A stretch of DNA of 62,941 nt, filler included, from Guillardia theta CCMP2712 (GCF_000315625.1; 7 parts of 7 records of this genome joined end to end with filler, not necessarily neighbours in it); one strand, 5' to 3'; shown: positions 22,501-36,426, counted from the first letter of the whole stretch. Made by a program: numbers and translations. The notes: generated by a model from the letters alone, not told the origin.

Positions 22501-25500
22501 TCCTCCTACTAACTGTTAGCCGCTTCGCATGCGCGCTGACGTCTCAACACTCATAGGAAGGATACAAGGCTCAACATGGAATCTGAGTCTGCTGCTACCA
22601 CATCCCTCCTCTTCATGCTCTGCCTGGGCTGCCGCACATTTCCACACATGGAAATCCGTCGAAGGTTTCCTTGTATTTGTTCACCAACACTTGGTGAGAG
22701 GAACTAGACAAGCAATCTCGACATTCTTTGAGGATCATGCGCCATCTCTTGTCTCTTGTTTCTCTCATGTTCTCCCCCTCTCCTCCTCTCCCTCTCTGTT
22801 CGCTTCCCCTCCATCGCCTTTGCAGCCCCCTGGGGCTGGCCAGCATGGCGGCAGGCACCAAGTTAGCCCCCATCTCGGTTAAATTTAGAACTCTTCCGCT
22901 TATTTAGTAAGTATTTGCTTGATTTAGATACTTTGGACGTAAATTAGGTACTATATAGTCTATTTAACCAAATTGTGATCAAACTTAAGTTAAAATTCCT
23001 TTGGTGGTGAATTTTCCTTTGAGGTCCTAATGCTCAGGAATGACTAAAAATAAGTCTCAACTCTGAATGTTTAAGTAGAATCCTTTTTAAAATAACTTAA
23101 AAGTATGGAAATTTAACTACTTTGTAGTTAAATTTACCGGGAAGTTTAACGGATCAGGGAGCATCACCCCACCCCTTCTCGAATCAAAACTCACCCCACC
23201 CAGTGAACTTCAACTTATGTGACCCCACCCCATATAAATCTTGTACCCACCCCTTCAAAATTATCAAAAGTACCCCTTACTTTCCTCTGAGGGAAACACC
23301 CACTACCCCTACTTCAGGAATTCAGAGACCCCACCCGTATCGAAGGTGACTTTCAGAGGGTTGATGGGGTGGGTTGTTTGCAAGGCGCAGGCTACAAACA
23401 TCCATATTTGAAGGCAGCACGGGAACGGAAGGAGAGGGAGGAGGAGGGGAGAGGAGGGGATAGGAGGGGATAGAAGAGGAGGGGAGACGGGGAGAGGGGA
23501 GGAGGGGAGGAAGCTGAGGAGCTATGGGGATCAGGAACTAGGAGGAGACGAGGAGAGGGGAGGAGGGAGGGAGTGGGGGGGAGGGAGACATGATTCGTGC
23601 TGGGGGGCAAGAACCGAAGGAAATGGCAACTGAGACGAGAATGTGTCTTGTTGGATCCAAATGAAATTTCTGACATTGTTCAGGGCAGCTCCAGACAGTT
23701 TACTTCCAACCAAGACGAGCTAGTGATACATACGACATGAACGATATAGGATTTTCCCTCAGGAGGGACCGCACATTTTTGATAAACAAGCTTTCATTGA
23801 GTTGATTCGCGATCTATGAAACAACTTCGTTTTGATATGCATCAGACAACCTTCACACAATTATCAACAAATCTCTGCTTCCATCTCAATGTGCACACAG
23901 CGACAGCAAGTAGAACAGACTACACCCTAAGGATGAAACCCTCAGTTCTATCCAATCACTTGGTTGTAGATGTGTGAGTCCGCGATGTCACATAGCAACA
24001 TCTGTTCTCACTCTTGCTGATTTCAATGCTTCTTGCAAGCTTCCCATCCCGTCACCCGGGATCAGATCATACAGGTGGTAGACGAGGAGACATGCAAGCA
24101 GAATAACACGGTAGAATTGATCGTGTTGTTGTGCACACAACCTCCGAGAATAAGAGAGAGCAGCAGCAGCAGAAGCAATCACTGCTGCGTTTAATACTGC
24201 TGTCGGCTATTTCCCCTACACGCGCTGAGGCACGGTATGCAGCATGTATGAGTCCTTGGTCCGGTCTACCACACATGTCCTTGATCAATCTATCACGATC
24301 CTGAGACCCCGGGCTTCATCATGACATGCCTCGTTTCAGCCTCATCTTGACCTCTTCTTTGCGCTAATCCCTCCCCTATACCTCTCGTCCTGTATCCTTC
24401 TCCCAAGAATCGTCTCACCATTCTGAATATCATCTCATTCCCCCCCTTCCCATCCTACTTCTTCTCTCCCGCTTCACCCCTTACTGTTTCCGACTCCCTC
24501 TCCGAATCTTGTTCCATTTTTCTCACTCACTCTAATCCTGCCCTGCCCTGCCCTGCCCTGCCCTGCCCTGCCCTGCCCTGTCCTCTCCTCTCCTCTCCTC
24601 TCCTCGCCATTCAATGCCCTGTAACCTCCCCGAAACGCATTCCCCTATGTTACCTGAGCCTAGAATGGATTGGAAAGGGGTGGGAGTGGTTTGGTTTGGT
24701 GCGGTTTGCTTCTGTTAATCTTAGATTTGTATGGTCTTGGGCCGTATCAGGTGGACGGAGTGTTCAACACTTGCTTCGAGGAGAAGTCAGAAGACAACTC
24801 AAGCGAAGGAGGCCTGGACTTGTTTTCAAGGCATAATGGCGTACTTCAAAAGCGAGAAGTCAACGAATTTGACTCAAGACGTTTGATCAAAGTTGGAGGG
24901 AGGAAATGGAATGAGATGCGAGAGTATTCTCAACCTAGAGTCTCATCAAACCTGTCTGGGTCGCAAGCCTTCTCCCCTATCCTTTCGAGTGCTGCTTCAC
25001 GTGCTTCTGATCATGCTGGTTCTGTCGATGAAAATCAAACCATTCAACCTTTTCAGTCGTCTGGATTTCATTTTTCTTCGAAGCTCCCTCCTNNNNNNNN
25101 NNNNNNNNNNNNNNNNNNNNNNNNNNNNNNNNNNNNNNNNNNNNNNNNNNNNNNNNNNNNNNNNNNNNNNNNNNNNNNNNNNNNNNNNNNNNNNNNNNNN
25201 NNNNNNNNNNNNNNNNNNNNNNNNNNNNNNNNNNNNNNNNNNNNNNNNNNNNNNNNNNNNNNNNNNNNNNNNNNNNNNNNNNNNNNNNNNNNNNNNNNNN
25301 NNNNNNNNNNNNNNNNNNNNNNNNNNNNNNNNNNNNNNNNNNNNNNNNNNNNNNNNNNNNNNNNNNNNNNNNNNNNNNNNNNNNNNNNNNNNNNNNNNNN
25401 NNNNNNNNNTCGCGGCTTTGAGATGGAATGGCAGGAAGAGGAGGAGGAGGAGGAGGAGGAGGAGGAGGAGGCGTGGAAGAGAGAACAGGAAGCAGCTGGT

Positions 25501-25816
25501 CAGATACCAATGGAAAGAGCCACCAGGCATGTAGAAGAAGTTTGTGAGGTTGTCTCACATGCACTGTGAGTGTGGCATGTAGGAGACGCAGAGTAGAAGA
25601 TTTTGCTAGATCGGGACATGATATTGGTTGAGAGTAGCAAAGATAAGGATACATGATCGAGGAAGATGTATCAGTCCGATGAAACAATGACATGAACGCT
25701 TGCTCCATACCATGATGTATGTTGTCAAGGACTGATGATTCTCCTTCCAGTTGAGGGCCTTGTACAGTCTCCTCAAGTCGTCAATTGGAGGATGAGATTG
25801 CTGTAACTAGCTCACG

Positions 25817-27593
25817 ATGGAGACATCCCGATCAAGCTGTCTTCCAGCTATCGCCTTGATACTTGCACTGCTGACTGCGATATCTCCCAGCCAAGGTCAG
25901 AGCTCTCCTAGCAGCGAATCCTCGAATTCTTCGCTCAACGCTTCCAACGCCACCAATGTTTCATACCCAGCGATGCTTCCTAACCCGTGGGCAAGAGCGG
26001 ATCCAGGAAGCTGCTTCGTCCTGCCAGTGACAGTGGGAAGGGAAACGATATTCAACGTGTCTGTCAACGCCACCGATGCCTACCCGGTGATCGATTCGAC
26101 CTTCGGAGCTCCGACAGGGTCGTTCTTGTCACAAGTGAGGACGGAGAACGGACGCAACGTGAGGACCTTTCAGTATCAAGCGCTGCATGGACAGGAGGGA
26201 TATACATTCAAGGTTTGCTTCTTGACGATGGCTGCTGGCTCCTCCTCCTCCTCCCCGTCCTCCCCTTCCTACTGCACGTCAGGGCCCATTACATCCTTGC
26301 CGTCCTCGGCTACTGCAGAGGAGGTGTCGCAAAAGCTTCCTTTCCTGTCTGACTCGTTTCCGTTCTGCGTGTACCTGTACGTCTACTCCATAGACATCTC
26401 GGTCAATATCGACTCAGATCAGCCGGTCAGCGACCTCATCGACTCAAACAGCTGCCTGATCAACAAGTACATTGACGTTGGTTTGAACTGCTATCTCAAC
26501 CTGGACATTTCTTACGTGCAGACGATGGTTCAAGATTTCTCCTCTCTTGAATATCTTCCTACTTACATGAACTACACATACGGGGACTACAACCTCTCTT
26601 TCACAGGGAGCAACACGCCGTCTTGCATCAATTGCAAAACTCCCAGTAGATCTCTTCCTCTCAGCGTTGAAACTTGCTGGCAGCTCCCATCGCCAACTGA
26701 GTGCTGCGGAAACAACGTGTGCGACGGAGCCGAAACGAGCCTGACATGCCCGCAAGACTGCCAGACGTCCAGGAGCAGGTTGAGGCTACATCGAGTCAAC
26801 GATACCTTCTCCCAGCTGACCTTCCAGCCCGATATATACAAACAAGGGAGGAGATTGCTGCTCTGTCTGGCTCCAGTCTTGCAAGGCGCTTCCTACCAGC
26901 AGTACCTGATCAACTCAGTGACTGTCAACGGGCGGAGGACCTGCGACAATCGCATCTGCTTCATCCTCTACGTCAACCCGTGCAGGTTCTGCATCCTAGA
27001 CAGTCTGACGGTGTCAACTGTGAACCTGCTAACGCTGGCGAAGATATCTAGAACGATCTTCAATGACATGGACTGGGTCAAGTTCTACAACTACAACCCA
27101 CATATCTCCAACCCTGACCACTTGCAGCTGCGCGAGGTGATCAACACTGGTGTAACTTATCGGATCAAAGCTGGAGACGATTTGATCCTTATCGCGGGTG
27201 AGACCAGCTTTGCTCTCTTGTGAATGACTTCTGCGCGTTGCATGTGTACTCCACCACCACCACCTTCCCCTCCTCCTCCTCCTCCTCCTCTTCCTCCTCC
27301 ACTACCACCACCACCACCACCATCACCACCATATCTCTCCTTCTACTCATCTCCTCCTCATCTCCTTCTCCTCTCCTTCTCTCCTCCTTCTCTTCTCCTT
27401 CTCTACACCTTCTCTACTCCTAATCCTCCGCTATTTCACCTTGTCTTGCTTGTTCTAACTTTCTGAGTCAGCTCGGATGCAAACGACAGTGAAGTCTCTT
27501 ATCAATCTCAACCCTTTCTTGAACAAGGCGATCTTGATCCCGGGAGAAGAAATTTGTGTAAATATTTGCAACATGCCAACGCCTATGGTTTGA
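25817..27593 (+). CDS. Secreted Cys-rich protein with C-terminal LysM domains
   Basis: Signal peptide and a CCGNNVCDGAETSLTCPQDC motif. Splicing intron 27198-27471 completes the LysM YRIKAGDDLILIA|ARMQTTVKSLINLNPFLNKAILIPGEEICV; a degenerate LysM precedes it (TLAKIS...FYNYNPHISNPDHL). Confidence 0.82.
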
Positions 27594-27918
27594 TAGCCAT
27601 AATGCTGTATTTGAATGAAAGACTACATGCTGGTTTCGTCTCCTCATCACTACTGTATCATCAAGCTCTGTCGTCAATCTCTATCAATCTCTATCAATCT
27701 CTATCGTCAATCTGTTTTCATGATTTACTTTCTCTCTGACCTAGACTAGAAAGTTAGAACAAACCTTTGTTTACAAACACAAGGTCAGCTCATACTGTGC
27801 GTGCTTAAAAAAACACCACCGGTCAAACTTGACAGGTAGAACCGCCGGCATATTTCATGTCCGTCTGCTCTCAAACTTGTGCGTCGCCCCGCTCGCGCTC
27901 GGCCTAGCGGAGGGCGAG

Positions 27919-28816
27919 ATGAGCCTCTTCCTCTTCCATCAGCAGCAGATCGCACTTCACTCCGACGACATCGCGTCCCTCCCGCCCTACAGGTGACGCT
28001 TACGAGGTTGCTGGACGTGTCTGACTGCTCCTGCCTACAGGGCCTCTGGATCCTCGAGGAGCAAGCTCGATGCTCGCCTTGCCCTCAGCAGGAGCCCAGC
28101 AGAGGGCGGGAAGGTCGCCGTGGATGACTTGCGAGCCCCCCGTGTGGTGGAGGATGCTTCGGCAAGCAGAAATGTCTTGAGTGACATGCTCGCGAGCCTG
28201 GCGGCTTCTGCTAAGACAGAGGCGACGATCCACCAGACGTTCGTGCCGGCTTCATGGCTGCAGGGGAAGGGGCTGGAGGAAGTGCTGAAGGGGTAAGACG
28301 TGTGCCTGTGTTGTTGACGTGTGCCTGTGTTGTTGACGTGTGCCTGTGTTGTTGACGTGTGCCTGTGTTGTTGACGTGTGCCTGTGTTGTTGACGTGTGC
28401 CTGTGTTGTTGACGTGTGCCTGTGTTGTTGACGTGTGCCTGTGTTGTTCGTGGATGTGTAGAGAGGTTGCGTTGTCGATACTTGTTTGTCAATGCTTCAC
28501 TTTTGCTGCATCAAAATCCTCCTCCTCCTCCTCCTCCTCCTATCTTCATCATCTTCTTCATCATCTCTTCAAATTCTTTGCAGTCATCCGTCTTCTGTTT
28601 ACAAACTCGCTTGAACGAACCATGAATCTGTTCTATCTTGATACAGTCAACTTGTAACACGTTCTTTTCTTCATCCCTTCATCTCTTTCTTGCTCATCAG
28701 CTGATGGTTTCTGCTTGCAGCCTTGATCGACATCCTGACAGTCAGATCCGGCTCGACGTTCTTGTCAAAGCGTTTTCAACATGTCTCAAGCAGAGAGATG
28801 AAAGAATGTCAGACAT

Positions 28817-28893
<77 letters not shown>

Positions 28894-31800
28894 TTGCTCC
28901 TGCCGCCGCCTCTCCTTTTCGTTCTTTATTCATGGTCCTGCTCATGTTGATACTCCTCGAACTTTCTCTCCTCCTCCTCTGACTTGTTCGTCGCAGCGAG
29001 AAGAAAAACTTTGTTTTGTTGCGGTCCATGGTCAACAAGTATGTACAATTTAAGGCGGCAAGTCGAAAGATGTTAGAGGTGAAGAGGAGAGGAGAGGAGG
29101 GGAGAAGAGAGGAGAAGAGAGGAGAAGAGAGGAGAGGAGAGGAGGGGAGGGAGGTGGGGGAGGGGAGGGGAGAGGAGAGAAGGACAGGACAGGACAGGGA
29201 TGTAAGATTGGCTATGACAGGCAAGACATCACTTTGACAAAAAGATGGAAGATGGGAGGTGAGGAACTGGGATGGTTTCATACCTGATGGCAATGACGTC
29301 GGCACGTGTCAACAGACTGTCTTGCTCGTCAAGTCTGCAGACAATGTTGAGCGAGAGGGACAGGCTGATAGAGAGGACTCGGGAGCTCCAGCGCTGGTTG
29401 CAAGAGACTGATTTGTCATGGAGGACAAAGGTAACGAAGAAGTTGATGTTGTTGTTGGAGAGTTGTTCCCAGTGTCAGTGTGTGACTTGGTTGACATTTG
29501 CAAACAGTACAAGTCAATCAGTCGATCACTGGTTTTCCTCTGCTTTGCTCAATGGCAGAAATATCAAGAAAGAAAAAGTGAGACGAATGACAATATTCCT
29601 CCTCCTCCTCCTCCTCCTCCTCCTCCTCCTCCTCCTCCGCCGGCGGCGGAGGAGATGTCGAGACTTCAGGGAATTTCTTGAACGGACTCATAAAAATTAT
29701 CCTCTTTACTAATGGAAAATGATTCCTAGTGTCAGGACGTAAGGAGGAGGTGATAACCAGGACTCCTCAGCAACTCGTCTGTACAGCATATACTTCAGAT
29801 CCTGTGTATAGCCTGTGGCCCATGAGCTCTTCCTTGACGTGCTTCGACCTCTTGTACTCGTCTCTCTCCTTCTCCTCCCCGAGGTTTATCCGCTTCCTGC
29901 GGNNNNNNNNNNNNNNNNNNNNNNNNNNNNNNNNNNNNNNNNNNNNNNNNNNNNNNNNNNNNNNNNNNNNNNNNNNNNNNNNNNNNNNNNNNNNNNNNNN
30001 NNTCCTCCTCCTCCTCCTCCTCGTCCTCGTCCTCCTCCTCCTCCTCCTCCTCCTCCTCCTCCTCCTCCTCCTCCTCCTCCTCCTCCCTCCTCCTCCTCCT
30101 CCTCCTCCTCCTCCTTCATCATCATCATATCACCATCACCTACCTAGTCTGTGAATCTTACATGTCTTGTATCATCTCAGAACAGAAACGAGCGTCTCAA
30201 CATTGCCATCAACTCGCCTCAACAAGACATTTGAAGAGATTGTTCTTCAGTCTTTGGAACCTTTCAGCTGCAGATCAAGAGAAGCAAGAGCTCAGATTCT
30301 ACAGGCAGCAGACACAAACTCACACTGTCGAGACGATACAACTCCTCAGGACAAGTCTGCGTTCTTGCATGTCCCAGCTGCAGTCTGAGCTCGGCGATGC
30401 TGTTGAGGAGGTTGAGTTGTTGATGAAACAAGGTCAGAAGGTGATGGAAGGCACTTATGTCTTGATACGCAAGTTCTGACATGCTGCTCTGCTTGCAGGC
30501 TAAAATCGTGTCGAAGAGAATGCAGGCAGAGCTGACGATGACGGGGGCGAGGCTGGAAGAAGAGAGGAGGAGGAGGCTGGGCGAGATGCAGGAGAGGAGG
30601 CTGCAGGAGACGAGGAGCGAGAGGGAGAAGGAGGAGATGAGGATGGACTTTCTTGCGGGTTTGAAGAGGATAAGGGAGGAGGAGGAGGAAGCTCGACGTG
30701 CTCTGGACGCAGCCGAGGACGAGGTCAGGCGCGTGAGGACGGGACTGGACAGGAGGACGGAGAGTTTGGTAGCGCGATGCGAGGAGACGGAAAGACTTCA
30801 TAGCCTCAGGAATCATTTCAACATGTTCAAGACCAACCGTCTGCTGCTGTCAACTCTTGTCTGCTCTGTCAGTCGACAGCTGCGCAATGCTGGGAGATGC
30901 TTGCTGCGTCGATGCTACGACGCCCTGTGCTCTCTCTTGGACGCTTGCGGGGAGCGAGGGAGAAGAAGGCTCCTGTCCTCGCTCCTCATCTCTGCTCGCA
31001 GGCTGCTGCTGTCTGGATGTTTCAACCACTGGACGCGCTTCCAGTGCGTTGTTCAGTCGCAGGAGCTGCAAGCTCGCGTGTCAAGTTGTCAGAGGTCGCA
31101 GTTGCACTTGTGGTTGGTCATGTGGAAGACAACAACGACTCTACTTGAAGGTGTTGACATCCTTGCGGCAAGAAGAGAAGACAAGTTCGTCAAGACAGCA
31201 AGTTTGTTTCGGTGGAGGTCGTTTGCCCTGACAACGACGGCTGACCGTCACGCAAGCCAGCGGAGGAGGAGGAGGAGGCAGCAGGCGACCGTGCGGAGGG
31301 CCTGGGAGGAGTTGAGAGAGCGAGTGCGAGACTGCAGGAGGCTGCGTGCTTGCTCTCTGAGGATCAGGAGGAGGAGGAGGAGGCAGGGCTGTGCTTCCGT
31401 CCTTGCTCAGTGGCGGGCGAGAATCCTTCACCTCGACAGCCTCTACCAGCTCGCAAGTCATCGCCGGCAGCAGGACGTCTACCTCCTGTTCAGCTTCCTC
31501 CTGGCATGGCGAGCATGTAGCAAACCTTCAAACTCCAGCAGAAGTGCGGTCGAACACAGCAGGAACAGGAGGAGAAGGCGTTACACCGCTCGCCTCCTCC
31601 TGTTCTGGAGAATTTCTTCGCTCCAGTCCCTCCTCTCCTCCTCCCTCCTCTCCTCCTCCTCCTCCATCCTCTTGTCCCGCCGCTCCCTCCGCTCCCTCGC
31701 GCTCTGCTTCTCTTCATGGCGCCTCCTCCTCCACGGCAGGCAGCACGTCCGGCGCTCCTGCCGCTGCATCGCAAACAGGAGGAGGTTGAAGACGAAACGT

Positions 31801-33606
31801 CGAGCCTTCTCACTCCTCCTTCCTCCTTCCCCTCCTCCCTCTGCAGCTCTTCTCTTCCTCCCGTTCTTCCTCTCCTACACCTCTTCCTCCTCCTATGTTC
31901 GCGCTCTACAGCGGGCCATGGCAGCGTGGACGGACGCCACGAGGACGTCATGGCACCTCCTCCTCCCCCTCCCCCTCCTCGCGTGCCGGCTCCGGAGGAG
32001 AGCTCTAGGACGGCGGGTGCTGACCTTGAAGGAGCAACGAGGTCGATCAGGAGGGAGGAAGGGACTGGTTGACCTCCTACGATCGCAGCAGGAGCAGAGG
32101 AGGAGGCGGACGACGCTGGAGGAATGGCAGAAGCTGCGTGCGGGCAGCAAGAAGGTGGAGGAGAGTGCGAGAAAAAAGTTCTCTTGCTCCCTCGTGCGAA
32201 AGTTCTGGAGGAGGATGCTGCTGCTGCTCGAGCTCAAGGAGGACAACGAAAGTCGTTCCTCCTCCGCCGCCGCCTCCTCCTCCCTCGCGCTCCTCCGAAG
32301 AGTGTTGAGCTGCTGGGAGGAGGCGGGGACTAGGAGGAGGGAGAGAAGGAGGGTGCTCGCTGCAGCTGCAGAGAAGACGAGAGCAGCGGCGAAGAAGAGG
32401 GCAGTGCGAGCGTGGGCCTCTTCTCCCCTCCTCCTCCTCCTCCTCCTTCTCGACAAGACCTTGCCCAGCACGACGGGTCAGGACGCGCAAGGCCCTGCTG
32501 AGATGGTGGAGAGGGTGCTGGGGAAGAGGAGGAGGGAGGAGGAGGAGAGGAGCTTGTGGAGGTTGTGGATCAAGTGGAGGAGCGTGCTCCAGAGGGCTCG
32601 GGAGGAGCACAGGGCTCAGAAAGACCTCCTCCTCCTCCAGCTGGCCGCCGGCTGTACGGCAAGATGCTTCATGGAATGGATGATGGTGGGGAGGTGGAGG
32701 AAGTGGAGGAAGCAGATCGTCAAACTTACTTCCTCCTCCTCCTCCATCACCACCACCTCCTCCTCCTGCTCTTGTCTCTGGTGGGCATGGAGCCATTGGC
32801 TGTCCTCCTACCTCCTTGCTTCTTCAGCTTCCTCCCTCGCTGCTCGCTGCTTCTCCTCCCTCTCCAACCGTCGGGCAAGGGTCAGAGCCGCGAGCTCCTG
32901 GTTCCAACTCGCCCGGTCAGATAGGATGGAGCAGCTACGATGTGCCCTCCTGCTGAGCGAGCAGAGGAGGGAGGAGCAGGGACGAGTCATCAGCTGCATG
33001 CGGGAGGAGGAGGCGGAGCTCCGGGCGGCAGCGAGGAGGGGAGAAGAGAGCTGGAGAAAGGCGGTGGCTCTTGGAGAGGACCTGGCTGCGACCATGGAGG
33101 AGAACTGGCGGCTGCGGCAGCTGGAGAGAAGGGAAGAGGAGAGGAGGGAGGAGGAGGAGGAGAGGAGGGAGGAGGAGAAGAGGAGGGAAGAGAAGAGGAG
33201 GGAAGAGGAGAGGAGGGAGGAGGAGGAGGAGAGGAGGGAGGAGGAGAAGAGGAGGGAGGAGAAGAGGAGGGAGGAGAGGAGGGAGGAGGAGACTTTGGCG
33301 GACTTGAGCTACTTTGAGACCCTCTTGGACGATGTCGAGGAGAGGATGGGGATGGTGCTGGGGCGGGTGCTGGGGCTGCGGAAGGAGGTAGACGATAGGA
33401 GGAGGAAGGACAGGAGCGAACTTCCAGACCCGAACGCCTCCTCCTCCTCCTCCTCCTCCTCCTCCTCCTCCTCCTCCTCCTCCTCCGTCCATCTCAACAG
33501 CCTCTCCTGGGCCACAACCAACTCCTCCCATGGGCAAGGAGACTCGGCGAGTCCGGTCCAGCGGCTGGTGAGCAGACGAGAGAAGCCGTCGAGAGTCTTG
33601 ACGTAG
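27919..33606 (+). CDS. Sfi1-like (centrin-binding) repeat / coiled-coil protein, multi-exon
   Basis: The 1041-aa terminal ORF 30481-33606 has recurring L/F-x-x-W-R/K helical repeats (CFNHWTR, LFRWRS, LAQWRA, LLAWRA, CFSSWR, CFMEWM) and E/R coiled coils. The upstream exon structure is uncertain. Confidence 0.55.
28297..28448. repeat. 19-bp minisatellite, 8 copies (intronic)
   Basis: gacgtgtgcctgtgttgtt x8, directly after a gtaag donor site. Confidence 0.95.
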
Positions 33607-33990
33607 AATGAGCAGGCAGGGAAGCGAACGCTGGAGGTTTACTCGGGGACACTGGTATGAGGAGGAGCGAGATGGGAGGGGGGGGGAGGGAGGAGGAAGT
33701 TGTTCCAACAGTCTCTTTTCATGTAGCTGATCTCAATAACCTGCATCCTCCCTCCTCCTCCCTCTCTCCTTCCCCTCCTGCCCCTGCTCCTAGCTTCCTC
33801 TCACCTCGCCTCCTCCTCCTGCACCTACCGTCCTCCTCCTCATCCCCGTAGCCCCTCCCCCTATATACACAGAAACACATTCATCCTCCACTCTAGAACG
33901 TAGCCCCATCCTTGCAGTAGGAGGGAGATGAGTTGGTGGTAGGACAGATCGTATCCTCGTCGAAGCACTTGTGTAGCTGTTCCTTCACGT

Positions 33991-34125
33991 TAGGTCGCTC
34001 CCTCCATCAGCACAAGAACCTTCGCGGGGTCGACGGCCTCGCACACTTGCGGCTTCTGCGGCCAGAACCCTCCACCTGCCACGAGGGTGAGGAGAAGCAT
34101 GGGAGGGAAGGGGATGAAGAGGAAG

Positions 34126-34160
<35 letters not shown>

Positions 34161-34238
34161 GCCAGTGTCATCATCATCATCATCGCCATCATCATCATCA
34201 TCATCAGTGTCATCATCATCGCCAGTGTCATCATCATC

Positions 34239-34273
<35 letters not shown>

Positions 34274-34470
34274 CATCATCAGTGTCATCCTCATCCTCAT
34301 CATCCTCATCCTCATCATCAACGCAGCAGCAGCTTTCAAGGGACTCTCCTCCTGTTTCTTCTCATCATCTCACCTGCTGGCGACCAGCATTTGTCCAGGC
34401 CCAGCAGACATCTTGCAGCTCGCTCATGTACAATATCTACAAACGATCGTCACCGTATGACCGACAGGCA
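33991..34470 (-). CDS. Small hypothetical protein (3' exons)
   Basis: Spliced reading IVHERAARCLLGLDKCWSPA|GGGFWPQKPQVCEAVDPAKVLVLMEGAT* across a (GAT)n-filled intron. Confidence 0.35.
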
Positions 34471-35503
34471 AGAGGAGGAGGAAGGCAAGACCATCGGAAT
34501 AAGACAAGAAGGAGAGGAGTTCAGAACCCATCTCCTATCTTACACAGTTTGATCGCGTCTCCTACATCCTCACCTGTACAATTTGGAAGACCATTGCGGT
34601 TACCACAATGGCCGACGGCTGACTCTGAGAACTTCCGAGTCTGAGTCTAGTTTCCTGAAGACAACCGATGAGGCAAGAGTTACTTTCAGAGAACTTCGGA
34701 ACCTCGGAGTATAGCAATCCTACATCCTTTCGAGTCCTTCTCTATCTTACTAAGTTATCCTCCCTTCCCTTTCTTGCCTTGCCTTGCCTTGCCTTGCCTT
34801 GCCTTCCCTTGCCTTGCCTTGCCTTCCCTTCAAGGCTTCTCTCCCCTCCCCTTCCCTTCCCTTCCCTTCCCTTCCCTTCCCTTCCCTTCCCTTCCCTTCC
34901 CTTCCGGCCAATTGCCCGAGTCCCTTGCCTTGCCTGCTTCCCTTCCCTTCTCCTTCCTTCCCTTCCCGTCACTTTATTCCCTTCCCCTCCCTCTCACTTT
35001 GTTCCCTTCCCCTCCCTCCTACTCCACTCCATCATCGGCTTCAGCATTCCCTCAGCCAAATTTCCGCATTTAGTCACTCCAAGTAGAACCGTTACTTCCG
35101 TTGGATCTTTGACATGGCGGTTTCCTTTTCGTTACAGATTCTTATCTTTTTCGCTACCACTACCCACCCAGGCAAAAGTACCCTACCCTACTAAATGGAC
35201 TTAAACTGCTATATTGTTTCTATCAAGTACCCCCTGTAACAAATTTGACCACCCCTCCTTTCCCTGCAACTTGTTTTTCCAACCACTAACGGAAGTTTGC
35301 TACCCTGGTGTGACCACCCCTGAAGGTACTACCCCCACCCACACATAAAGTACCCTACCACACATGTAGTTTGAAATGAACTTCCCTTACCCCTTCATTT
35401 ACANNNNNNNNNNNNNNNNNNNNNNNNNNNNNNNNNNNNNNNNNNNNTTAATTAATTAANNNNNNNNNNNNNNNNNNNNNNNNNNNNNNNNNNNNNNNNN
35501 NNN

Positions 35504-36426
35504 TCTCCTACCCGGCGCCCCTTCCCCCCTCCCTCTTCCTCCTCTCTCGTCACTTTGAGAAGTCGATGGTCATGTTGAATCCCTCGCAGAACAAGCTGTC
35601 CATCTTCCACGGATACTTCAACCGATAGCACCTGCTCCCCAAGTCACCACGTTCCCAGCCTCAACCTCCCGGGGAGGGGAGCAGCCTTCCCCCTCCCCGC
35701 CCCTTCCTCCTCCTCACCTCATCAGGCTGGGGCGTGAGGAGGAGGTACCCTCGTACTTGCACCAGGTGCTCATGGATTCCACTAGCAAGCAGCAGCGATC
35801 AGTCACACGCGTCCTCCTCCCGCTCGTCCTCACTCACGGTAGGAGTTGACTATCCCCAGCCCCATTACTTTGTCGCACGCCCGCTGCTTCCTCGTCATTG
35901 CCAGCTGGTCAGGATCCCAGGCGTGTGCCCTCGCAGCGAGCAGGCTACGAGCTCCAGCAGGAGTCCGTCGCCTCCTTGTCGAGTTGATCGCCGTAGTTGT
36001 CAAGTTGGAGCACCGCTGCTTCAACCTCGACGACGAGGACTTGGATCGCGTCATCTTGTCAACGATCCCCTTGAGAGTTTGAAGCTGAGAGGTCAGCTCC
36101 TCGAGCGACTGCTTAATCTCCTCCGCTCCAGTCAACGACACTTCCTCCGCGTCCATCGTCACCTGCAATGACTTGACGCTTTCAAGCACACCACTCCACA
36201 CACCCTGCCCCTGTGACCAGAAGGCCTCCTCGTCTCGCTCGTGCATGGCGAGGGAGGCGCAGCCTCCGTCTCCCATCCTCTGTCGGAGCTGCATGAATCT
36301 TGACTGCAACAATGACCCGCCGCGCGCGCGTTCAACCGTCACCGCCGAGTAAAGCAGATGAAGTTGTGTGGCTACGAACACACCACCTAGAATAATTGCC
36401 ACTAACCTCCCCGGCCTTCGCTTCAT
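35504..36426 (-). CDS. Type II membrane protein with coiled-coil stem (5' part; truncated by the scaffold end)
   Basis: MKRRPGR followed by a TM segment (LVAIILGGVFVATQLHLL), a heptad region and downstream short exons. Confidence 0.55.

Noticed and set aside
24670-25569. 299-aa ORF as a confident gene
   Set aside because: Non-ATG start, spans a long N gap and has no recognisable motif.
33890-34080. Possible selenocysteine read-through (RRFLC*WRERP) on the minus strand
   Set aside because: Another frame splices cleanly to the upstream exon and ends normally; no SECIS was identified.
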